Assembly: GCA_040771865.1 (NCBI GenBank)
Contig: JAXGZF010000004.1
Location: 62,001 to 126,000, forward strand
Direction of reading: 5' to 3'
DNA length: 64,000 nucleotides
From: Desulfobacterales bacterium
GTDB taxonomy: Bacteria > Desulfobacterota > Desulfobacteria > Desulfobacterales > UBA2245
In this document: positions 37,343 through 46,088 of the stretch, in pieces
Layout of the letters: each line of letters begins with the position of its first letter
Position numbering within the stretch: position 1 is the stretch's first letter
Position numbers and translations under genes: made by a program
The notes under the pieces: generated by a model
The model's input: the letters and a program-made list of their open reading frames with translations, nothing else
Database searches by the model: none
Told to the model about the DNA's origin: nothing

Positions 37343-39040
37343 ATGCTCAGCATGCGAAATATCGGCAACATCGGCCGAACCTACCGTCATCTGAACCGGT
37401 ATCGGCAGATTCTGGGAGTCTTTCTCAAGTACGGTTTCGGCGATCTGGTGGAGCGGCTTCGAATCGGCGCTTACCTCGAGATCGGCATGCGCGTTCTTCT
37501 CAGAAAGAAGCCTTCCACAGCCGAAAAACTGTCCCGTGCCGAGCGGTTGCGCATGGCCCTGGCCGAACTGGGCACCACCTACATCAAGCTGGGCCAGATT
37601 CTTTCCACCCGGCCGGATCTGATTCCCATGGAGTTTGTTCAGGAACTCTCCAGTCTTCAGGACAAGGTGCCGCCGATTCACTTTGACGCGATTCGAGCCG
37701 TTGTGGTTTCCGAACTGGGATGTCCTCTGGAAGAAGCCTTTGCCTCATTCGAGACGGTTTCGATCGCATCGGCCTCCATCGGTCAGGTTCACCGCGCGGT
37801 CCTCAAAACCGGTGAACCGGTTGCGGTCAAGGTTCAGCGGCCGGGAATCCGTAAGACCATCGAGGTGGATCTGGAGATCATGATGCATCTGGCCACCTTG
37901 GTCGAACGGCATATTCCGGAACTGGCCCTGCACCGGCCGGTCAAGGTGGTCGAGGAATTTGCCCGAACCCTTGAAAAGGAAATTGATTATTCCACGGAGG
38001 CGGGCCACATGGAGCGTTTTGCCCGCCAGTTTGAAGGAGAGAGCACACTTTATGTGCCGCGCGTATATCCGGAAACCTCAACCGCTCGAGTGCTCACCAT
38101 GGAGTTCATCGACGGCATCAAGGTGTCCGAAGTCGAAGCACTGAAACAGGCCGGCATGGATCTGAAAGAGATCAACCGCAAGGGAGCGAATCTTTTTTTA
38201 CAACAGATTTTCGAACATGGATTTTTTCATGCCGATCCCCACCCGGGCAACATTTTCGTGCTTCCAGGCGAGGTGCTGTGTCTGCTGGATTTTGGAATGG
38301 CCGCTTCGGTGGACCAGAAAACCCGGGAAGATTTCGTGGATCTGATCGACAGTGTGGCCTGCCAGGATCCGGCCATCACCACCCAGATTCTGCTGAAGAT
38401 CACCGACTGGGACAAGGAGCCTGAAATCCGGCTGCTGGAGCGTGATGTCGCGGATTTTCTGGGGCAACACGTTTACAAACCGCTAAAGGACATTCGCATC
38501 GGCAAGATGCTTCAGCAGATGCTCCGGCTGGTGGCCCGCTATCATCTGCGGATTCCGCCGGACATTTTTTTGATGATCAAGGCCCTTAGCACCGTAGAGG
38601 GCGTGGCCCTGATGCTGGATCCCGAATTCGACATGATCGCCCGAATCGCTCCGTACATTGCAAAAGCCAAAATGAAGCGGCTTCAACCCGGAAGGGTCGG
38701 CCGGGATATGTTGCGCGCAGGTTCGGATCTTCTGGAGTTCGCGAAAAAATTTCCCGGAGAGATGCTGGACGTCATCCGGTTGATCCGCCGGGAGAAGCTG
38801 TCCATCGGGTTCGAACACAGGGGACTGGAAACCATGCTGGCCACCCATGACCAGATCAGCAACCGCCTGGCTTTTTCCATCATTATCGCAGCACTGATTA
38901 TCGGATCGGCCCTGATCGTGGTTTCTCAAATTCCGCCGCTGATTTACGGCATTTCCCTGATAGGGATCATGCTTTTCTCCGCCGCCGCCATCATGGGCAT
39001 CTGGCTTCTGGTGGCGATTCTCAAGAAGGGAAGCCTTTAG
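37343..39040 (+). CDS. ABC1/UbiB (AarF) family atypical kinase
   Basis: IKLGQ, ASASIGQVH, VKVQRP, HADPHPGN, LDFG, two C-terminal TM helices. Confidence 0.93.
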   Translation: MLSMRNIGNIGRTYRHLNRYRQILGVFLKYGFGDLVERLRIGAYLEIGMRVLLRKKPSTAEKLSRAERLRMALAELGTTYIKLGQILSTRPDLIPMEFVQELSSLQDKVPPIHFDAIRAVVVSELGCPLEEAFASFETVSIASASIGQVHRAVLKTGEPVAVKVQRPGIRKTIEVDLEIMMHLATLVERHIPELALHRPVKVVEEFARTLEKEIDYSTEAGHMERFARQFEGESTLYVPRVYPETSTARVLTMEFIDGIKVSEVEALKQAGMDLKEINRKGANLFLQQIFEHGFFHADPHPGNIFVLPGEVLCLLDFGMAASVDQKTREDFVDLIDSVACQDPAITTQILLKITDWDKEPEIRLLERDVADFLGQHVYKPLKDIRIGKMLQQMLRLVARYHLRIPPDIFLMIKALSTVEGVALMLDPEFDMIARIAPYIAKAKMKRLQPGRVGRDMLRAGSDLLEFAKKFPGEMLDVIRLIRREKLSIGFEHRGLETMLATHDQISNRLAFSIIIAALIIGSALIVVSQIPPLIYGISLIGIMLFSAAAIMGIWLLVAILKKGSL

Positions 39041-39183
39041 CAGGCTGTTGAAAAACTGCGCCTGAGATCGCCATTCAGTGTTGCGCGGCTTCCGCCAATG
39101 CTCACATCTGCTTGAATATGCAGTGCTTGTCGCATCGCCGCACGCCTTTCCTGACGGCCTGATTCTTGTTTTTCAACACCCTG
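39041..39183. mobile_element. MITE-like non-autonomous element
   Basis: Terminal IRs CAGGCTGTTGAAAAAC (39041-39056) and GTTTTTCAACACCCTG (39168-39183) match at 15/16; structured non-coding interior; lies between convergent genes. Confidence 0.7.
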
Positions 39184-39194
39184 TTGGTATTTTT

Positions 39195-40856
39195 CTACGC
39201 CAAAGAATATCCTGGCCCGTCTCCTCCCTCCGGACATGTCCAGGTGATATTTCCGTAAGGATCCTTGATATCGCAGGTTTTGCAATGCAGGCAGTTGGAT
39301 GGATTAAGCTTCAGCTGCCTTTTACCGGTTTCCGGGTGCACGGCCAGTTCATAGACGCTGCCGGGACAGAACCGGGTGCAGGGGCAGCCGAAGGTCTTGA
39401 AACAGTGGTTGACGCAGACCTCCGTGTTGTGAATGACGATATGCGAGGGCTGGTCTTCCCGATGCCTGGTTTTTGAAAGATAAACGCCGGTCAGTTTGTC
39501 GACGCACAGAATGCCGTCGTAATGCTGAGTTTCTCTTGCGAAATGCGGCTCGGTGATCGGTTTCAGGGTATCGGAATCCGCTTTTAAGGGAAGTGCATCC
39601 CGAATCCCCCTGCCTTTATGGATATATTGGGCGCCAAGGTGAAGGAATTTTTTCAGGCCCTTCATGGCAAGAGCCTGGGAGAAATTTCGGCCTTCGTAGA
39701 TTTCCGAATGGATTGGGCTGTTTTTAATCAGGGTTTCATACCGGTCAAGGCTTTTCCGGGTGAAATCGGCTTCTTTAAAGGCCATTACGATGGTTTCGGC
39801 CGCCAGCATTCCCGATGCCATGGAAACATGAATGCCTTTCAGGGCCGGGGTGCTGTGTATAGCCGCCGCACCCCCCGTCAACAGGGCGCCGTCCATGGCG
39901 AGCCGGGGAATGGAGAAATATCCGCCCGTTGAAACAGTGCGCGCTCCCTGTTCAATGATCTTGCCATTTTTAAGAATGGTTGCGATCAAAGGCTGGCGTT
40001 TGAAGCGGATGAGCATCTCATAGGGGTCCAGGGCCGGATCCTGGTAACACAGTGCGGTCAGATATCCCACAGCCGCCTTGTTGTCCTTCATCTGGTAGAT
40101 GAAGCCGCCGCCGGGCACGTCAAGCCCCAGCGGATAGCCAAGGGTATGGATGTCGTTTCCACGGCTGCTCGAGAAATAATTGCCTTTCGGAAGTTGAATG
40201 ATTTCCTTGATGCCGATTTCATAGACCTGAGGCATGGTGTTGGCGCTGATGTTCAGCCGGGCGTCGAGCTGCTTGACCAGACTGCCTCGAGCGCCTTCGC
40301 CGAACACGCAGACCTTGGCGTGAAGATCGATGCCTGGTTCGAAATTGGTCCTGGGCGATCCGTCCTTGTCCAGTCCCTTGTCTCCGGCGCGAACCCCGAT
40401 GACCGTCCTTTGATCCGGCCCGAAGAGCACCTCGACGCCGGCGAATCCGGGAAAGATGTTGACGCCCAGTTCTTCGGCGATCTGTCCAAGCCAGCGGGTG
40501 AACCGCGAAAGACTGATGATGAAATGTCCCTGATTATGCAGATACCGGGGCACGATTGGAATTCGAAAATGCCTGCCCTGAGTGAGAAAATAAAATTCGT
40601 CGCCCCGAACCACGGTTTCAATCGGGCACCCTTTGTCCATGAAGTCGGGAATCAGCTGTCTTAAGGGCGCGGGATTGAGTACGGCACCGCTGAGCGCATG
40701 AGCGCCGATTTCAGCTCCCTTTTCGATCAGCGCCACTTCAAGATTGAGATTCTTTTCCTTGGACAGTTTCATCAATGCGATAGCGCCAGCCAGATTGGCA
40801 GGCCCGCCGCCGATAAAGAGGACATCAAAATCGATTGATTCGCGTTCCATATTCAT
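39195..40856 (-). CDS. Electron-transfer flavoprotein:quinone oxidoreductase (ETF-QO / FixCX-like)
   Basis: GGGPA FAD motif, GAHALSGA, KGIH..M.SG, C-terminal CTRFCP...NCLHCKTCDIKDP [4Fe-4S]. Confidence 0.92.
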   Translation of the reverse strand: MNMERESIDFDVLFIGGGPANLAGAIALMKLSKEKNLNLEVALIEKGAEIGAHALSGAVLNPAPLRQLIPDFMDKGCPIETVVRGDEFYFLTQGRHFRIPIVPRYLHNQGHFIISLSRFTRWLGQIAEELGVNIFPGFAGVEVLFGPDQRTVIGVRAGDKGLDKDGSPRTNFEPGIDLHAKVCVFGEGARGSLVKQLDARLNISANTMPQVYEIGIKEIIQLPKGNYFSSSRGNDIHTLGYPLGLDVPGGGFIYQMKDNKAAVGYLTALCYQDPALDPYEMLIRFKRQPLIATILKNGKIIEQGARTVSTGGYFSIPRLAMDGALLTGGAAAIHSTPALKGIHVSMASGMLAAETIVMAFKEADFTRKSLDRYETLIKNSPIHSEIYEGRNFSQALAMKGLKKFLHLGAQYIHKGRGIRDALPLKADSDTLKPITEPHFARETQHYDGILCVDKLTGVYLSKTRHREDQPSHIVIHNTEVCVNHCFKTFGCPCTRFCPGSVYELAVHPETGKRQLKLNPSNCLHCKTCDIKDPYGNITWTCPEGGDGPGYSLA

Positions 40857-40873
40857 GAAACCCCCTTGCGCCT

Positions 40874-41383
40874 TTAAGATGTGGAATGCTCTTCATCGTC
40901 CAGGGGTTCGATCTGAAAAAATTCTAAAGCATAGTCGTTTCCAGTCTGGACGTCGATCAGTTTGAGGATTTGATGGATCGATCTCTCAAGATTTTGGACC
41001 TGTTCGGGCGCAAGGTTGGCCAGGCCCGAGATCAGCTTGCGTTCGATGGGATCGGGAAGGGTTTTGCTCAGATCCATTCCGCTCGGGGTCAGAGAGATCA
41101 GGTGCACCCGCCGGTCGCCCTTTTTCTGAATCCGAGTCGCCAGCCCTTTACTCTCCAGACGATCGATAATGCCCGTGATGTTGGAAGGAGTGACATGAAG
41201 CTTTCGGCTCAATTGTGCGGAAGACATCTGACCCTGCTGGTAAAGATTTCGAAGCACCATATGCTGGGGACCGGTAAGTCCGAACTGCTTGCTCACCTTG
41301 GACGCATCGCTGTAAACCGCCCGAACCAGGTATCGAATGCCGCTTACAATCTTTTTTATCAACTCTTCGGTTTGGTTGTTCAT
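40874..41383 (-). CDS. MarR-family transcriptional regulator
   Basis: GLTGPQ, ITGIIDRLESKG, DRRVHLISLT. Confidence 0.92.
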   Translation of the reverse strand: MNNQTEELIKKIVSGIRYLVRAVYSDASKVSKQFGLTGPQHMVLRNLYQQGQMSSAQLSRKLHVTPSNITGIIDRLESKGLATRIQKKGDRRVHLISLTPSGMDLSKTLPDPIERKLISGLANLAPEQVQNLERSIHQILKLIDVQTGNDYALEFFQIEPLDDEEHSTS

Positions 41384-41755
41384 GGATTGGCTCCAATTTT
41401 TTTCTTCTCATATACATTCACCAAAGAATAGTCAAACCCAAAACAGTTTAAGTGCAAATCGTTCTTCATAAGCTTCGCAGAGATGCTTAAAACAAGAAAC
41501 TGTTGAGGAAGATGGTGCGTTTTTTGCTGCATGCGAATCGGCATCAGATGTCCAGCGCTCGAAACTGGCTTCATAAATACAGGTGTTCGCAGGAAAGGCT
41601 GCTTTGAAAAGTCAACAAATCGGACAACATTGTGAATGAGGCAGGCGTTGCACCTTTAATTTCGGGGAAATCTCCTTGAAAATACCGAGGGCCTCTGATA
41701 GCTTTTTTACAGTTTTTCCAAATCGTTCAATGATTTTTATACAAGCGAGGTAATC

Positions 41756-44700
41756 TTGAATACTACCGCCAAGTTTAAATCCAAAGCCCTTGAGGTGAAT
41801 ATCGCCGATTATCATGTGGATGTCGCGGTCGATCCCAGATATTTTCCGCTTCAGGATATAATGTCCCAGTACTACGGCGTGATGGAGCGGCTGAATACCT
41901 TTTTATCCGAACTCTCCCATCCTTACAAAAATTGGAGTTTTATTGTTCAGGAAGCCCGGTGCTTTTCTCTGGATTATTTCCATTTGCTGAAGACGCACGC
42001 GCGGGGCCCCGAAGGGGCCGCCCTGTTGCTGGACATTTTCTTCAACATCTTGGAGGAGAGCGGCGATACGGAAATCCAGTCCGATGCCGCCGACAACCTG
42101 CTTCTTTTTCTAAACAAGATCGTCAAGGATGCCGATGCCGACCTGCCCAGGTTTCTGAGCATGGTCGATCTGGCCCTGTTGCGCATTCACAATTATCCGG
42201 ATCCGATTTTTTCCCTTATTGCGCGAAGCTATTATTCCATCAAACGACTGGCCGAAAGCCTTGTGGAAACCGACACGAATGTTCTCGTGGATTTCAGCGG
42301 CATGCATACGCTTCTGCTTCGGTATTTCCGGTATACTTACGCCTATTGGCTGACCGAAAAGGACCCGCTGCGCTGGTTTGAAAAAGAACTCGGACAAGGC
42401 ATGCAACAGAGGGAGGCTGACGAAATTTTCAAGGAAATATCCTGGGAAAATATCAACCTTCTGCTTGAAACCGTGGAAAAACGTTTGCAGAGTTGCTCTG
42501 AAAATCCACGAGAAATCATAAGCCGTCTGCTGGAAAATCCCGGTCACCATGAAATCGTCGACGCATACCGTCAGATTCCGAAAAAAATTTTTTCGGTTGC
42601 CCCCGACGTCAAAACGGGGCATCAGTGGCAGCTGATTTTTTTATTTCACATCATGAATATCGAAGGTCTTTCCACCATTCATGAAGAAACCCTTCGTGAG
42701 ATCAACCGGACCCTGACCTGGCTGATCAACCATCAGGAGCGAAAAGATCTGCGCCGGCTGATTCAGAAAACATTTTCCATATTGAGAACCGAAACCCTTC
42801 GTCATCCCACCACTGCATTGAACTGCGTGCTCAACACAGGCAAGGGGGTTTACAGCACGGATGAGATCGAGCTGATCAATTTTTTTATCGATTCGGTAAT
42901 TGATCTTGGTTTCCAGACGCCCATGATCGACGGCGTGGGCAATGACTGGCAGATTCGAATGAACAGCGCACATCTGCAAAACATTCGTACCTGGCTGGAG
43001 ATCATCGAGATCAATCCCAAGCTGTCCATTCGAATGCTTTCTTCACTAATCATTTATCTGTCGATTTTCGGTGTTTTCATCAAGGATACGGATCTTTTTC
43101 CACGCGATGTGACGCGTCTTCTGAACAGCGACATCGGGCCGGTTTACAATCTGGTCAAGCAACTGGCCAAGCTGTTTCCCGTATTTTTCAATGATATCGG
43201 CGCCGAAGGCAAACTGCGGGATATTTCCACTGAAATCGATGAGATCTGCCATCGAAAAGACCCGCTGGTGCATTTTCTTCGCAAACAGAGCCATGTGGAA
43301 AGCAGCAACCGGATCATCGCCTTCATGGAGGCGGTTCTGAAGTACTGGGAAACCGGCAGCAAGGCGGTGCTTCAACCCTATGTGCCGCCGAACATCTACG
43401 ATCAGATTCAGAGCCAGGGTTTTTATATCGATGGAGTGAGCAAGGTCATCAATTATCTGATCGCGCAGGGTGTTTCACTGCCCGAAGAGCTGATTCACCT
43501 GAAAGAAAACAGGCTCAAAGGCCTTCTGGAGAATGTCTCCGAGCTGGATCAGACCGATATCAGGCGCGTGGAGCTGGCAACCGCCATGTACAAACTGTTG
43601 TACCAGAAGTACCATTTCGATTTTGTGGAAATGAATCATTATATCGCTCAGCTAAGAGCCGAGGCATTTCCAGACTTGGACCGGCTTAAGGAAGCGCTTC
43701 AGGAAACCGATTCGAGAAAGCGTCTGACGATGCTTGTGGAATACCTTGAGCAGTTGAAGTCTCTGATTCTGTCCGAAAAAACCTATACGGTCAGAGAGGA
43801 TATTTATAAAAAAAGGCACGTGGCCGTTGATATTCCCTCGATGTACGGAAGCTACCACGAGCTGAAATTCGATGCCATGGGCCTGACGTTTCGAATCGAA
43901 TCCCTGGTCAATGTGCTGTTTGAAGAGCTGGTGGACCAGATCGATCTGACGCTGATCACCAAGGCGACCTTTTTTCAGATTTCCGACCTGCTCCAACTGT
44001 TCAACCGGGCTCTGAAGCTTGACGGAATTCCTTCCGTGGAATTCGACGGACAGATGGAGCTTCTGGCGCATGCTCTCCAGGTCAAGGGGTTTTCCCTGAC
44101 CCAGTATCTGGATATTTTCAAAGGAATCACCCGGGCCGTGAAGAACATTATCAACGACAATTTCAACAATATTCACGGCCGCAACCTCAATCGAATCCTT
44201 TCCATCATGCCTTCGGAACAGATACTGCCCAAATATCTGCCGCAAAACGATACGATGGATTCCGAACGCCTGCAGCACAGGGTATCGGAGATTTTTTTTC
44301 GGGATCGGATTTCCCTGTCCCTGGGTCTGCCGCAGCTGGATCTGTTTTTGAGCCGTATTCTGAGCACCCTGTTCCGTCAGGCCGAAAAACTGCCCAAGGA
44401 AAAACTGCACCTGCTTCTCAACTACGATCCCAAATACGCCATGACCTGCATCGGAAACGTGGACAAGAAAATTAACGGCGTCATTCATCTGGGCAATAAA
44501 GGATACAATCTGACAAAACTTCACGGCTTTGGTTTGTCGATTCCTCCGGGTTTTATCATCACCACAGAGGTGTTCCGGTGTCGGGAAATCATCGCGAGCT
44601 ATCCGCCCGCCGAACAGAATTTTAGGGAGCAGGTTCAGCGACATATCGCGGTTCTGGAAAAGATTACAGGCAAGATTTTCGGCGATCCAAGAAACCCGCT

Positions 44701-45949
44701 GCTGCTGTCGGTTCGAAGCGGTTCCTCCATTTCACAGCCGGGCATGCTGGACACCTTTCTGGACGTGGGCATCAACGAGCAGATTGCAAGGGGTATCGCC
44801 GCCCGCACCGGAAATGCCTGGTTTGCCTGGGACAATTACCGCCGGTTTCTCCAGTGTTACGGAATGATGTCCGGTCTGACCCGGAATGATTTTGACGCGA
44901 TTATCGCCCAGCACAAGCAGAAGGCCGGAATTCCCTATAAGCGCGGTTTTACCGGAGAGCAGATGAAGGCTGTGGCCCTGGCATACAAGCAGCGGATTCT
45001 GGACGAGGGCGTTCAGGTTCTTGAGAATCCCTATGACCAGCTGTTCCTGACGATCAACAAGGTGCTTTTTTCCTGGGAATCACCGAGAGCCAAAACATAC
45101 CGCAGCATCATGGGAATTTCCGATGACTGGGGAACGGCCGTGACGGTGCAGTCCATGGTTTTCGGAAACCTTTCCCGTCAGTCGGGCACCGGCGTTTTTT
45201 TTACCCACAACCCCCGCTGGGCTGGGGACACACTGAACCTGTGGGGTGATTTTACGATCGGAAATCAGGGGGAGGATGTGGTCGCCGGTTTGGTCAAAAC
45301 GCTGCCGGTATCGAACAATCAGCGGGAACTGGAAGTCAGAAAGACCGGAATTTCCCTGGAGACTCATTTCCCTGAAGTGTACAGAACCATGAAGCATTGG
45401 GCCAAGCATCTGATTTTTGAGAGAGGTTGGAGCCCTCAAGAAATTGAATTCACCTTTGAAGGGTCTTCGGCCGGGCAGATTTACCTGCTTCAGAGCCGGG
45501 ACATGGCGATTCGGGAAAGCGAGAAGGTGGCACTGTTCGACCCCGAAGGGTTGAAGCCCGACAAATACCTGGCTCATGGAATCGGGGTCAGCGGAGGCGC
45601 GATGACCGGCAGGCTGGTGTTCAGCATCGAGGAGATCGAAAAATGGCGCACCCTCGAACCGGAACGGCATCTGATTTTGGCCCGCAATGATACAGCACCT
45701 GACGACATTCGGGAAATTTTTGCGGCCGACGGTCTTTTGACCGCCCGCGGCGGGCTTACATCGCATGCTTCGGTCGTGGCCCATCGGCTGGGTAAAACCT
45801 GCGTGGTGGGATGCGCGGACCTGGTATGCGATGAAAAGGAAAAGCGCTGCATGTTTCGAAACGCCGTATTGCTTTCCGGAGATGAGATAAGTATTGACGG
45901 TCAGGAAGGATCCGTTTATCTAGGTTATATGAAGATTCGAAAAACCTGA
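41756..45949 (+). CDS. Large PPDK-related dikinase: ~900-aa unknown N-domain, ATP-grasp domain and phospho-His domain, with no pyruvate-binding barrel
   Basis: LGNKG, PPGFIITTE, SVRSG...PGMLDT, GTAVTVQSMVFGN, QGEDVVAG, EIEFT, GGLTSHASVVA; the protein ends just after ISIDGQEGSVYLG. Confidence 0.88.
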   Translation: MNTTAKFKSKALEVNIADYHVDVAVDPRYFPLQDIMSQYYGVMERLNTFLSELSHPYKNWSFIVQEARCFSLDYFHLLKTHARGPEGAALLLDIFFNILEESGDTEIQSDAADNLLLFLNKIVKDADADLPRFLSMVDLALLRIHNYPDPIFSLIARSYYSIKRLAESLVETDTNVLVDFSGMHTLLLRYFRYTYAYWLTEKDPLRWFEKELGQGMQQREADEIFKEISWENINLLLETVEKRLQSCSENPREIISRLLENPGHHEIVDAYRQIPKKIFSVAPDVKTGHQWQLIFLFHIMNIEGLSTIHEETLREINRTLTWLINHQERKDLRRLIQKTFSILRTETLRHPTTALNCVLNTGKGVYSTDEIELINFFIDSVIDLGFQTPMIDGVGNDWQIRMNSAHLQNIRTWLEIIEINPKLSIRMLSSLIIYLSIFGVFIKDTDLFPRDVTRLLNSDIGPVYNLVKQLAKLFPVFFNDIGAEGKLRDISTEIDEICHRKDPLVHFLRKQSHVESSNRIIAFMEAVLKYWETGSKAVLQPYVPPNIYDQIQSQGFYIDGVSKVINYLIAQGVSLPEELIHLKENRLKGLLENVSELDQTDIRRVELATAMYKLLYQKYHFDFVEMNHYIAQLRAEAFPDLDRLKEALQETDSRKRLTMLVEYLEQLKSLILSEKTYTVREDIYKKRHVAVDIPSMYGSYHELKFDAMGLTFRIESLVNVLFEELVDQIDLTLITKATFFQISDLLQLFNRALKLDGIPSVEFDGQMELLAHALQVKGFSLTQYLDIFKGITRAVKNIINDNFNNIHGRNLNRILSIMPSEQILPKYLPQNDTMDSERLQHRVSEIFFRDRISLSLGLPQLDLFLSRILSTLFRQAEKLPKEKLHLLLNYDPKYAMTCIGNVDKKINGVIHLGNKGYNLTKLHGFGLSIPPGFIITTEVFRCREIIASYPPAEQNFREQVQRHIAVLEKITGKIFGDPRNPLLLSVRSGSSISQPGMLDTFLDVGINEQIARGIAARTGNAWFAWDNYRRFLQCYGMMSGLTRNDFDAIIAQHKQKAGIPYKRGFTGEQMKAVALAYKQRILDEGVQVLENPYDQLFLTINKVLFSWESPRAKTYRSIMGISDDWGTAVTVQSMVFGNLSRQSGTGVFFTHNPRWAGDTLNLWGDFTIGNQGEDVVAGLVKTLPVSNNQRELEVRKTGISLETHFPEVYRTMKHWAKHLIFERGWSPQEIEFTFEGSSAGQIYLLQSRDMAIRESEKVALFDPEGLKPDKYLAHGIGVSGGAMTGRLVFSIEEIEKWRTLEPERHLILARNDTAPDDIREIFAADGLLTARGGLTSHASVVAHRLGKTCVVGCADLVCDEKEKRCMFRNAVLLSGDEISIDGQEGSVYLGYMKIRKT

Positions 45950-46088
45950 TGGCGCTTTTTTTGAAAAAATTACCCAATTGTTACGGCAAAGCAATGCCGA
46001 TACAAGGTGCTGGAACGGTTCAGTTTCTTCAGATGCGGAAATATTCTGATCCGATCTGAGAATGGTTTTGGATGAAAGGAGGAAAAAC

